41,714 nucleotides of DNA from an uncultured Candidatus Saccharibacteria bacterium (GCA_964648835.1 CAZYLR010000001.1:1-41714); one strand, 5' to 3'; shown: positions 1 through 8,446, counted from the stretch's first letter. The notes: a model not told the origin generated them from the letters alone. Numbers and translations are program-made.

Positions 1-901
1 CCGACACATCAGTAGCGGTGGCGTTTGTCATATCCGGGCCGTTGAAGCTCCACATTCCCACAAGGCCGTTGGTGAGTTTATCATTTTGCGGGGCGTTGAT
101 TTTGGTAATAGCTGTTTGCACAATCTTCGCGGCGCCGGATTTATAGAGCGCCTGCATTTCCGTCGCCGACAACGCGCGGTTGTAGACGCGGACTTCGTCG
201 AGGGAGCCGTCAAATTCGCGGGTATTTCCAGAGTTATTTCCGATGACGAAAGAATTAGAACCACTCGTTGGTAAACTACCCATAATGAAGCCAGCCGTGG
301 TTGTTGCTTTAGCGCCGTTTACATACGGAATACAGTTCTTCGAAGAATCGAGCGTTACAGCGACATGTTGCCATTTCCGAAGAACAATGCTGCCATTACT
401 AGCAAAACAATTAAGATTTCCGCCGGAAGCATTTATGAACAGAGCAAACGTGTCATTAGGCACACCAGCTGTATTAGGATCATATAACGAAAAAGAATAT
501 CCACTTACAAAATCGTTTTCTTTATCCACGATCCTTCCTCGGAAAGAACTGGCAGAACTGCCAAAAGTTCTTGGATAAATCCATGCGCTGATTGTCAGAG
601 CCCCCGTGATATTCAAAGACGCCGGAGTACCCGCAGTCACAAGATCATCATTCGCGTCAAAACTTAACGCTTTCCCCCGTTTTCCTTCCCCCCATGTGGG
701 GCCACCGGTGAGAATTCCTCGGTTTCTATTTCCGCTAAAATCACTGGCGACTGTGCCGGTGTTTTCGTTCATGGGCCAGTAACCGACGAGGCCTAGGTTA
801 GTGGGGGGCTTTGTGAGCACAGCGGCGGGAGCGGCGACAGGAAAAAGTGCGCATATAAGCATTATCGCCGCAATTTTCAATTTATAATTTTCTATTTTCA
901 T
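1..901 (-). CDS. Secreted LamG / concanavalin-A-like lectin domain protein (N-terminal 300 codons; 3' end runs off the window)
   Basis: Absent from the ORF track because no stop lies inside the window. Hand translation of the minus strand from ATG 901-899 gives MKIENYKLKIAAIMLICALFPVAAPAAVLTKPPTNLGLVGYWPMNENTGTVASDFSGNRNRGILTGGPTWGEGKRGKALSFD...REFDGSLDEVRVYNRALSATEMQALYKSG...LVGMWSFNGPDM, open to position 1. The N-terminus looks like a signal peptide. GYWPxxE..G..DxSGNGN and FDGxxDEVRxYNRALS are the LamG_3 signature, and a second repeat starts near the window edge. The ATG overlaps the TGA of the upstream giant gene (ATGA). Confidence 0.8.
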   Translation of the reverse strand, partial: MKIENYKLKIAAIMLICALFPVAAPAAVLTKPPTNLGLVGYWPMNENTGTVASDFSGNRNRGILTGGPTWGEGKRGKALSFDANDDLVTAGTPASLNITGALTISAWIYPRTFGSSASSFRGRIVDKENDFVSGYSFSLYDPNTAGVPNDTFALFINASGGNLNCFASNGSIVLRKWQHVAVTLDSSKNCIPYVNGAKATTTAGFIMGSLPTSGSNSFVIGNNSGNTREFDGSLDEVRVYNRALSATEMQALYKSGAAKIVQTAITKINAPQNDKLTNGLVGMWSFNGPDMTNATATDVS

Positions 902-3900
902 GGTGTTGCTTGCGGTGAGTCAATCGAAGCCGTTGTCTCTACGTCGCCGGAAGGTACGGCTTGCCCCGCCGGAGCCTCTGGCGCAGGCGGGGGCTCCGGG
1001 GCTGGAGCGGGTTCAGCCCCAACGTCTTCCGGAGTCGGGGTCCCGACCCCTTCGGGCGTCGGGAGAGTTGGTTCTGGGGTTGGAGCGGGTTCGGGAGTTG
1101 GGGTTGGTGTTGGGGTTGGTGTTGGGGTTGGTTCTGGTTCTGGGGTAGGAGTTGGTGTCGGTTCCGGGATTGGTTCGGGGATTGGTTCGGGTATTGGTTC
1201 AGGAGTTGGGGTTGGAGTCCCACCCCCACTCGAGATTACGCCACCGAGCAAAGCATCCAGTTGGGCTTTAGTAATACATGTTTCCGCTCCCGACTCGTCG
1301 CTGACGCAAAGTTCTTTGGTACGCACTCGACTGGCGAAAAAGTCACCGATGCCGTTGGCCGCATCGGCGAACCACGCTGTGATACGAGCGAAGAGATTTA
1401 AATTAAGCTCCTGAATTGATTTCACAATCAACGGCAGAAATTCTCCTAGACGCAAGGCATCTGGCAGTCCCTCTTGATTAAGCTGGACCAGTCTGGGGTC
1501 AATTTCATAAACTTCTTCGGCAATAAAACCAATATGCTCTTCGCCGCTAATATCGTCATTGAAGTAAAACGTGACAGGACGCAACGCCATTAGCTCATCG
1601 AGTCCAGTGGTAGAATCAGTAATAGTATTTTTATAACGCTGGCTTGAAGGCTCGCAAGTGGTAGCGCTACCGCCACTATAGAGAAGCTTCGTAGTGTTAT
1701 TGATACATACCGTGAGATTACCACTTGCCGCAGCAGTAAGGCCGTTGAAAGCAACTCCGCCAACAACGGAAAGAGTTTGCCACGGAGTTGTTGTACCAAT
1801 CCCCACATTACCAGCGGTACCACTACCGCCATTACCAATGATAGTGAGAGCAGAGGTCGAAGTGGTCGCCGTGCCTAAGACGGTGGTGGTGGCAAGGTAG
1901 AGATTGCCTCCAGCGTTTCTGAAGGTCCATTGGGCGATGCCTGCTCCGTTAGAGAGAGCCATTTGGGGAGTGGAGGTTGAGAAAACGCTCAAGACGTATA
2001 GCGGGGTGGTCGTTGCGATACCAATTCGGCTATTTTGGATACCGCCCTCCCCGTCCGATTCGGCGTACACGGTGAGAAGCGGGTTGCCGTCGAGTTGAGC
2101 GGTATAGCTCTCTACCGTTCCTACTGCTGAAGCAGAGGTAACCGGCATATCCGCCCACGAGACTATACCCGCGTCGGTGTCAAACGACATCGCTCCGATG
2201 TTGAGATTGTCCACGGAGAGAACGCCGGGCGTAAAGTCGTATTCAACGGCTCCTGAATCAAGGACAAAACCTCCCTCTATGGTAGTGGTAGCTTTCTTAC
2301 CCGTAGTGGTATCAATTCTAAAGATAGGAGTTGCCGATGAGGAGGTAGCGATAGTCCAAGAGAATTGAGTATTATCTTTGATTGTTGTGGTGGCAGATAC
2401 CCCATAATTAAACACAGCCCCCAGACCATTTGCAGGAGTGATTGAGAATAGAGTAGCAGTGGAAGAACCTACTGCAAATGCCGGAACACCAGAAGCCAGT
2501 ACATTTGGATTGATGGAGAATAGACCCCAAGGAGTAGATGATGCTATGCCGACATTCCCACTTGAGCCAATAATAGTAAGCGCGGAAGTGGAAGTGGTGG
2601 CAAAGGTTGAAGCAGAAGAGGTGGCGAAGTAGAGGTTGCCTCCGGCGTTCCTTTGAGTCCAGATGCTGGAAGTCAAGGAAGCGTCAGTGAGAGCAATCTG
2701 CGGTCCGGTGGAAGAAGAGACTGTGAGCGCCCAGACTGGGGTCGAGGTGCCAAGGCCGAGGTTAACGAGAGTGCTAGTGTTGGGGGTAATGCCAAGATAA
2801 GCTCCGGTAGAAGTGGCGAATTTTGAGTTGCCACCACCCGCTCCACCGGTAGCATCCGTGCCGCAGTAGATAGAACCATTGGTCAGAGCCTTCACGTCAC
2901 AGTCTGCGGCGGTGAGGTTGGTGATGGCAAGGGCGGTGGTGGTGGCGTTCGTAGTCGTCGAGTTCCCACTCGCTATGAAGTCTCCGTTTTGATTGATAAC
3001 GAACTTAGTGGTTGAGGCCACTTTGAGGTCTAGAAGATTGCCGGAGAAACCGGTGATTGAATCCACTGCTATCACCGTACCGCTCGTGCCACCGACCACG
3101 GAAAGCTTAGCGTAGGGTGTGGTAGTGCTGATACCAAGAAGTCCGCCTGCTACTGGACCTGAAGAAACAGACGAGCCATTATATATCCCCGTCCCATAGA
3201 CAAGATTCCCGATGTTTAACTGCTGGTTTCCCGTAACTGTGGGGACTTCAACGTTCTGGCCAATCACAATGTTATACGCTCCTGTGGTAATGCCGTATCC
3301 TGCCTGATACCCGAGAAGGGTGTTGTAGTCAGAACCCGTGCCTGCGGAGTATCCTGCTTGATACCCGAGATATGTGCCTCCTTGGTTCGAATATGCGGCG
3401 GTGCCGAAAGCGGCAGAAGACCCCACAGCTACTGTGTTGGCTGCTGAACTATTATAGTAAAGCGCAGCGTAGCCAAGAGCGGTGCTTTCGGAACCAGTGG
3501 TCTTATTGAGGAGCACATAGGAGCCAACAGCGGTGTTGTAGGAGCCAGTGCTGTTGTAGAGCGCAGCGGAGCCGAAAGCGGAGTTGCTGGCGCCGGTGAT
3601 GTTGAAGATGAGCGCAGAGGAGCCGAAAGCGGAGTTTCGGATGCCGGCGGTGTTGGCGGTGAGCGCAGAGGAGCCGAAAGCGGAGTTGTCCTCGCCTTCA
3701 AAATAGCCGCCTTGATTGGAGGAGAGCGCTTTGTAGCCAAGAGCGGAGTTTCGGGTGCCGATGGTGTTGGCAGTGAGTGCTTGATAGCCAACGGCGGTAT
3801 TGTTAATGCCAGAATTATCTGTTGAGGCGCCTGCATTCATGCGTAATGCTTGATACCCAACAGCGGTGTTGTAATCGGTTGATGTAGCATATCTCAATGC

Positions 3901-6900
3901 TTCGTACCCAAGCGCGGTGTTGTAAAGGCCGGAGGTGTCGGAGGTTGAAGTTGAGACGATGTTTGCTCCGGCGTAGAAGCCAGCGAGAGTGTTGAATGTG
4001 GTGGTGGTGGCAGAGAGCACCGTGAGGCCGTTGAGTTGGTATGTAGAGAAATGGTCGAGGTCTATGTTACCAGCGAAGTAACTGTTGCCAGTAACATTGA
4101 GACGGTTTGTCAGAGTGGTGGTACCGATACCGACGTTACCGGCATAAAGATTAGTTGAGCTTGCAGTAGTTGAGAAGAAGTTAGTGGTGGTAGCTTGAGT
4201 TCCAGTAGCATTCACGAAAGTAAAGTTCTGGAGAGTGGTGGAAGAAGTAACCAAGAGTGTGGAGTCTATAGTCGAAGAGGCGGTGGAGAGGAAGCCGTTC
4301 AAGAAGCCGAGGATGGTGGAAGTGGAGTTACCGTAAGTGGTCTGGGTCCACGGGAAGGCGAAGAAGCTCGAACCACTGATGTAGTCCGTACCGGCGATGG
4401 CCGCGATGAGAGAACCCGCGGCATTGGTTTTGAGGAGAGAAGAGGCGATGGAAGAGACGGCGAAGTTAGTGGTCGTAGCGTTGGTTGTAGTAGAGTTTCC
4501 GCTCGCGATGAAGTCTCCATTTTGATTGATAACGAACTTAGTGGTGGAAGCGACTTTGAGGTCAAGAAGGTTACCGGAGAAACCAGTGATTGAATCTGCC
4601 GCTATCACCGTGCCGCTCGTGCCACCGACCACGGAAAGCTTAGCGTAGGGTGTGGTAGTGCTGATACCAAGAAGTCCACCTGCTACTGGACCTGAAGAAA
4701 CAGTGGAGCCATTGTATATCCCCGTTCCATAGACAAGATTCCCGATGTTTAACTGCTGGTTGGAGGTTACAGTGGGCGCCTCTACGTTCTGGCCAATCAC
4801 GATGTTATACGCTCCTGTGGTAATGCCGTATCCTGCCTGATACCCGAGAAGGGTGTTGTAGTCAGAACCCGTGCCTGCGGAAAATCCTGATTGATACCCA
4901 AGGTATGTGCCTCCTTGGTTATTGTATGCGGCGGTGCCTTGAGCGGCTAAATAACCTATGGCTACTGTGTTAGTCGCTGAACCGTTGAAGTAGAGCGCAT
5001 TGGTCCCAAGTGCAGAGTTGTAAGAGCCGGTGGTGTTGGTAAGGAGCGCAGCGAGACCCAGAGCTGAGTTGTTGGAACCGGTGGTGTTATCACGAAGCGC
5101 AATATAGCCAAAGGCGGAGTTAGAGCCAGCAGTGGTGTTGGCGTTGAGCGCCTGATAGCCAAAAGCGGAATTGCTACCGCCAGTGGTGTTGGAGGAGAGT
5201 GCGTACATACCAAGAGCGGAGTTGAAGGATCCAGTGGTGTTGGAGGAGAGTGCGGAAGTGCCAAGAGCGGAGTTTCGCTCGCCGGTGGTGTTGGAGGAGA
5301 GTGCGCCGAGACCAAGAGCGGAGTTGTAAGAGCCCGTTGTGTTGGCAGTGAGTGCCTGATAGCCGAGTGCGGAGTTGTAAAAGCCCGAATTATCCGCCGT
5401 TCCGCTTGAACTCATTCTTAACGCTTGATACCCAACCGCAGTGTTCTGGTCGGTAGAGGTAGCGTATCTCAATGCCTCATACCCAAGCGCGGTGTTGTAA
5501 AGGCCCGAGGTGTTGGAGGTGGAAGTGGAAACAATGTTGGCTCCGGCGTAGAAGCCCGCCAGAGTGTTGAAGGTGGTAGTAGTGGCAGAGAGTACCGTGA
5601 GGCCGTTGAGCTGGTATGTTGAGAACTGGTCAAGATTAACGTTTCCGGCGAAGTAACTATTGCCAGTAACATTGAGACGTTCTGTGAGAGTAGTGGTACC
5701 GATACCGACGTTACCGGCATAAAGATTAGTGCTTGATGCTGTGGTTGAGAAGAAGTTGGTTGTAGTCGCACTCGTTCCCGTGGCATTGACGAAAGTAAAG
5801 TTCTGGAGAGTGGTGGAAGAAGTAACCAAGAGTGTGGAGTCTATAGTGGAAGAGGCGGTGGAGAGGAAGCCGTTGAGAAAACCGAGCGTAGTTGAAGTGG
5901 AGTTGCCGTAAGTGGTCTGGGTCCACGGGAAAGCGAAGAAGCTTGAGCCGGCAACGTAGTCTGTGCCGGCGATGGCCGCGATGAGAGAACCCGCGGCGTT
6001 GGTTTTGAGGAGAGAAGAGGCGATAGATGAAATAGCAAGTGCTGTAGTGGTGGCATTGGTGGTAGTGGAGTTACCGGTGATTAGTAAGTTACCCGCAATG
6101 GTGGAAGAAGCAGCCGTGTTGAGAAAACCGCCAGAGAGGGTCAGTAAGGAAGTGGTGGCCGAACCGCCGTAAGCTGGATGAGTCCAAGCATCGTAGGTGG
6201 AGAGTTTGTTGTTGAAAGTGGTCCAGTCCGCGGAAGCGAGACAACCGAAGACTGAACTCGAAGCAGTATCGCAAGCGAGGTCATCGTCGGTGAGAGTTAG
6301 TCCCAGACCACCGGTGAGATTGGTCTCTGTTGAGATATCAATGGCAGTGCCCAAGTCCACGTTAAATTGATTACCCGAATAGGTTAGACCAGTACCGGCA
6401 GTGGTGGTCGCTCCTGAATAGACTAACCCTGTGGCATCCACTCCCAATCCCCCGGAAGAAAGGGTTGGTAGTTTGAAAGAAGAGTTGATAGTGGAAGAGG
6501 CGGTGGAGAGGAAGCCGTTCAAGAAGCCGAGCGTGGTGGAGGTGGAGTTGCCGTAAGTTGTTTGAGTCCACGGGAAGGCAAAGAAGCTTGAACCACTAAC
6601 ATAGTCCGTGCCGGCGATGGCCGCGATGAGAGAACCCGCGGCGTTGGTTTTGAGGAGAGAAGAGGCGATGGAAGAGACGGCGAAGTTAGTGGTCGTGGCG
6701 TTGGTAGTGGTAGAGTTCCCGCTCGCAATAAAGTCTCCATTTTGATTGATAACGAACTTGGTGGTGGAAGCCACTTTCAAGTCCAGCAAGTTGCCAGAGA
6801 ACCCGGTGATAGCATCAGCCACTATCACCGTACCACTCGTTCCGCCTACCACCGAAAGTTTCGCATAAGGAGAAGTAGTGCCGATGCCGACATTTCCTCC

Positions 6901-8382
6901 GGCTCTCCATACATTCGTTCCATCCGATGCCCAAGTTCCGGTTGTCGAACCGCCGACGACACTTCCAGCCCAATAAAGATCTCCTCCAGCGTTATAAAGA
7001 CGGTTAGAGGTAACTGATGGGACAGAAACGGAAGCAAAATACATCGCTCCGTTTAAAGCCAGAGCGTCAGAGGGAGAGGTGGTGCCGATGCCGACGTTGC
7101 CTGTTGACTGCTGCACAACGAATTGATTAGTGCCGACGGCGAACCCACCGGTTGAAATTGTTGAAGTGGCTGAAGTTGATGTCGCGGAAAAATTGGTGAA
7201 TGTAAGAGAGCCCGCATTCGCCAGACTGAATCCAGCGCCATCGATATTTGACGTCCATGGAGTTTGCGCGCCATCGCCGCAGCCGGTACACGTTCCGGTC
7301 ACAGTGATATTTTCAAATATCCCATTGGTCGTAAGGTTAGAAATAATACTTGAGAGCCGACCAGAATCACTGTCACTCTGTCTAGTAACTATATTGTATG
7401 TGATAGGAATAACTTCATTAACTCTAAATGATTCGAAATCGGTTGCCGCGACACTGGGGGAAGAAGTGTAAACCACCAATGGGCGGAGAGCGCCAATTTC
7501 AGCACGCACGTAACTTTCCAATTCCGTCTTGAGTTCAGATTTCAGAGACTCCAGATTGATTGAAGAAGCGGAAGTAGTTAGAGCCCGCGATGGTGGAGAT
7601 GGCGTAACGGGAGCAGTGTAGGTTAATTGTGGCGGAGTGACAGAGAAGAAGAAGTTATCTAAAGCAATTTGTTTCAGATATTGAAAACTACTGACAACGC
7701 TATCGAATAATTTTCCAACGCCGTCAAAGAAAGAGACGGTGGCAAGTTCAGAGTGAGCGAAAGTGTCCAAAGCTCGGCTTTGGACAAGAGCACTCAGAAA
7801 CTCTTTCGGAATATTAGTGAGAGTTTCTGTTTTTTCTCTAACCTCCATTGCCACTCTCTGATTAGTATGCTCAAGAGTAGCAAAACCGGTGCCTATGGCA
7901 ATGAGAAGCACGAGAGAGAGTGCGACAGCTCGTCCGACAAGAGTAGAAGTCCAGGTAGGTTCGATATAACAGCTTTTTTTAGAGAGCTCGGGTAGCCGAG
8001 GTCTATCATCATTTTCATAAGTAAATACAGGGTTATCTAAAGATCTCGCCTCGCCCGCCGTAGTCTCTGACGAAGGCTGGGACAAAATAATTGGGAGCGA
8101 TTTTTCCAAATTCTCCAAGGTCAGACCTTTCTGAATTCCTAAGGTCTGACCTTTAGGTCCAGAGACTAAAGATTTTTTTGTTTTTCCAAGTTGCCGATTT
8201 TTCTTGTATTCAACGAGAGAAGCAAAATCAACGTACCAACTTTTACCAATCAGCTGTCCCGGAATTTTTTTTGCTCTACAAAGTTGGCTAATGTAATCAC
8301 TTGCGTAACCAATTTTTTCTGCTGCTCGGACAGCCGAGATATATTCTTTCCCATCCGAGAAAATAGGATTTACCATCAACAT
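898..8382 (-). CDS. Giant (2494 aa) membrane-anchored surface fibre/adhesin-like protein: N-terminal HTH-like domain, single TM, repeat-rich Ser/Thr/Asn/Gly ectodomain, peptidase S74 (tail-fibre intramolecular chaperone) domain, Pro/Thr/Glu-rich tail
   Basis: Single uninterrupted 7.5 kb ORF. The domain calls come from motifs in the translation and are listed in the sub-features below. Confidence 0.9.
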   Translation of the reverse strand: MLMVNPIFSDGKEYISAVRAAEKIGYASDYISQLCRAKKIPGQLIGKSWYVDFASLVEYKKNRQLGKTKKSLVSGPKGQTLGIQKGLTLENLEKSLPIILSQPSSETTAGEARSLDNPVFTYENDDRPRLPELSKKSCYIEPTWTSTLVGRAVALSLVLLIAIGTGFATLEHTNQRVAMEVREKTETLTNIPKEFLSALVQSRALDTFAHSELATVSFFDGVGKLFDSVVSSFQYLKQIALDNFFFSVTPPQLTYTAPVTPSPPSRALTTSASSINLESLKSELKTELESYVRAEIGALRPLVVYTSSPSVAATDFESFRVNEVIPITYNIVTRQSDSDSGRLSSIISNLTTNGIFENITVTGTCTGCGDGAQTPWTSNIDGAGFSLANAGSLTFTNFSATSTSATSTISTGGFAVGTNQFVVQQSTGNVGIGTTSPSDALALNGAMYFASVSVPSVTSNRLYNAGGDLYWAGSVVGGSTTGTWASDGTNVWRAGGNVGIGTTSPYAKLSVVGGTSGTVIVADAITGFSGNLLDLKVASTTKFVINQNGDFIASGNSTTTNATTTNFAVSSIASSLLKTNAAGSLIAAIAGTDYVSGSSFFAFPWTQTTYGNSTSTTLGFLNGFLSTASSTINSSFKLPTLSSGGLGVDATGLVYSGATTTAGTGLTYSGNQFNVDLGTAIDISTETNLTGGLGLTLTDDDLACDTASSSVFGCLASADWTTFNNKLSTYDAWTHPAYGGSATTSLLTLSGGFLNTAASSTIAGNLLITGNSTTTNATTTALAISSIASSLLKTNAAGSLIAAIAGTDYVAGSSFFAFPWTQTTYGNSTSTTLGFLNGFLSTASSTIDSTLLVTSSTTLQNFTFVNATGTSATTTNFFSTTASSTNLYAGNVGIGTTTLTERLNVTGNSYFAGNVNLDQFSTYQLNGLTVLSATTTTFNTLAGFYAGANIVSTSTSNTSGLYNTALGYEALRYATSTDQNTAVGYQALRMSSSGTADNSGFYNSALGYQALTANTTGSYNSALGLGALSSNTTGERNSALGTSALSSNTTGSFNSALGMYALSSNTTGGSNSAFGYQALNANTTAGSNSAFGYIALRDNTTGSNNSALGLAALLTNTTGSYNSALGTNALYFNGSATNTVAIGYLAAQGTAAYNNQGGTYLGYQSGFSAGTGSDYNTLLGYQAGYGITTGAYNIVIGQNVEAPTVTSNQQLNIGNLVYGTGIYNGSTVSSGPVAGGLLGISTTTPYAKLSVVGGTSGTVIAADSITGFSGNLLDLKVASTTKFVINQNGDFIASGNSTTTNATTTNFAVSSIASSLLKTNAAGSLIAAIAGTDYISGSSFFAFPWTQTTYGNSTSTILGFLNGFLSTASSTIDSTLLVTSSTTLQNFTFVNATGTQATTTNFFSTTASSTNLYAGNVGIGTTTLTNRLNVTGNSYFAGNIDLDHFSTYQLNGLTVLSATTTTFNTLAGFYAGANIVSTSTSDTSGLYNTALGYEALRYATSTDYNTAVGYQALRMNAGASTDNSGINNTAVGYQALTANTIGTRNSALGYKALSSNQGGYFEGEDNSAFGSSALTANTAGIRNSAFGSSALIFNITGASNSAFGSAALYNSTGSYNTAVGSYVLLNKTTGSESTALGYAALYYNSSAANTVAVGSSAAFGTAAYSNQGGTYLGYQAGYSAGTGSDYNTLLGYQAGYGITTGAYNIVIGQNVEVPTVTGNQQLNIGNLVYGTGIYNGSSVSSGPVAGGLLGISTTTPYAKLSVVGGTSGTVIAVDSITGFSGNLLDLKVASTTKFVINQNGDFIASGNSTTTNATTTALAITNLTAADCDVKALTNGSIYCGTDATGGAGGGNSKFATSTGAYLGITPNTSTLVNLGLGTSTPVWALTVSSSTGPQIALTDASLTSSIWTQRNAGGNLYFATSSASTFATTSTSALTIIGSSGNVGIASSTPWGLFSINPNVLASGVPAFAVGSSTATLFSITPANGLGAVFNYGVSATTTIKDNTQFSWTIATSSSATPIFRIDTTTGKKATTTIEGGFVLDSGAVEYDFTPGVLSVDNLNIGAMSFDTDAGIVSWADMPVTSASAVGTVESYTAQLDGNPLLTVYAESDGEGGIQNSRIGIATTTPLYVLSVFSTSTPQMALSNGAGIAQWTFRNAGGNLYLATTTVLGTATTSTSALTIIGNGGSGTAGNVGIGTTTPWQTLSVVGGVAFNGLTAAASGNLTVCINNTTKLLYSGGSATTCEPSSQRYKNTITDSTTGLDELMALRPVTFYFNDDISGEEHIGFIAEEVYEIDPRLVQLNQEGLPDALRLGEFLPLIVKSIQELNLNLFARITAWFADAANGIGDFFASRVRTKELCVSDESGAETCITKAQLDALLGGVISSGGGTPTPTPEPIPEPIPEPIPEPTPTPTPEPEPTPTPTPTPTPTPEPAPTPEPTLPTPEGVGTPTPEDVGAEPAPAPEPPPAPEAPAGQAVPSGDVETTASIDSPQATP
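1066..1228 (-). repeat. Low-complexity GGTTGG/GGTTCG microsatellite-like tract encoding (PT)n/(PE)n/(PEPI)3
   Basis: ggggttggtgttggggttggtgttggggttggttctggttctgg and gggattggttcggggattggttcgggtattggttc. Protein: TPTPTPEPIPEPIPEPIPEPTPTPTPEPEPTPTPTPTPTPTPEP. Confidence 0.9.
1385..1647 (-). other. Peptidase S74 / intramolecular chaperone auto-processing domain (tail-fibre / endosialidase type)
   Basis: SSQRYKNTITDSTTGLDELMALRPVTFYFNDDISGEEHIGFIAEEVYEIDPRLV...LPLIVKSIQELN. This matches the family pattern S(D)xRxKxNI...L..L.pv.f.y......hiGfIAqEv..v.Pelv. The Ser-x4-Lys spacing (codons 2246 and 2251) fits the Ser/Lys dyad of this family. Confidence 0.75.
3430..3830 (-). repeat. Second, more diverged 17-residue NSA(L/F)G..NT(T/A)G repeat array
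   Basis: Protein: NTAVGYQALTANTIGTR NSALGYKALSSNQGG.. NSAFGSSALTANTAGIR NSAFGSSALIFNITGAS NSAFGSAALYNSTGSY NTAVGS... It sits at the equivalent position in the next 1.5-kb unit. Confidence 0.8.
4960..5400 (-). repeat. 51-bp (17-residue) tandem repeat array NSALGxxALxxNTTGxx, about 8 units
   Basis: caagagcgg recurs at 5211, 5262 and about 5313 (period 51). Protein: NSALGYQALTANTTGSY NSALGLGALSSNTTGER NSALGTSALSSNTTGSF NSALGMYALSSNTTGGS NSAFGYQALNANTTAGS and so on. The style resembles beta-helical repeats of tail-fibre or YadA-head type proteins. Confidence 0.85.
7878..7946 (-). other. Single predicted transmembrane helix of the giant protein (about aa 147-169)
   Basis: Hydrophobic stretch LVGRAVALSLVLLIAIGTGFATL preceded by about 145 polar residues. 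There is no N-terminal signal peptide. Confidence 0.7.
8200..8350 (-). other. N-terminal cytoplasmic HTH-like (excisionase/MerR HTH_17-like) module of the giant protein
   Basis: KEYISAVRAAEKIGYASDYISQLCRAKKIPGQLIGKSWYVDFASLVEYKK follows the pattern hS..EAA..lG.S...i..l...GKIP...iG..w.....l seen in excisionase-type HTH domains. The neighbouring small protein at 8630-8872 has the same pattern. Confidence 0.5.
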
Positions 8383-8446
8383 AAATTATAAATCTCGGCT
8401 GTGGAAAACCCTATGGATAAAGTGTGAAGAACTGGGGATAATAAAA

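Larger units (their letters stand above)
2900..6870 (-). repeat. kb-scale near-identical intragenic direct repeats (unit about 1.53 kb; two full copies plus partial copies)
   Basis: gaaagcttagcgtagggtgtggtagtgctgataccaagaagtcc occurs at 3101 and 4634 (offset 1533 nt = 511 codons). gttatacgctcctgtggtaatgccgtatcctgcctgatacccgagaagggtgttgtagtcagaacccgtgcctgcgga occurs at about 3270 and about 4803. A roughly 340-bp block (..gcgatggccgcgatgagagaacccgcggc..ttggttttgaggagagaagaggcgat..) recurs at about 4275-4600, about 5850-6075 and about 6490-6830, with a partial copy at about 2940-3065. At protein level PYAKLSVVGGTSGTVI..ITGFSGNLLDLKVASTTKFVINQNGDFIASGNSTTTNATTT occurs 4 times. Confidence 0.9.

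Noticed and set aside
28-578. ORFs 28-264 (-), 86-274 (+) and 243-578 (+) at the left edge
   Set aside because: They overlap the open LamG-domain frame (minus strand, in phase with ATG 901), which has clear family motifs. The track ORFs have no recognisable features.
2900-6870. A diversity-generating retroelement target (template/variable repeat pair) in the giant gene
   Set aside because: There is no reverse transcriptase in the window. Differences between the repeat copies are not restricted to adenine positions, and the repeats are kb-scale in-frame duplications rather than a 100-150 bp TR/VR pair at a C-type-lectin C-terminus.
961-7471. Many 60-146 aa ORFs in the track inside or antisense to the giant gene (for example 961-1401 +, 3429-3836 -, 4195-4593 +, 4962-5315 -, 7130-7471 +)
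   Set aside because: They are shadow ORFs created by the repetitive, compositionally biased coding sequence. Their translations are low-complexity (P/S/T/R/G/W-rich) and they are fully nested in a long ORF with clear domain content.
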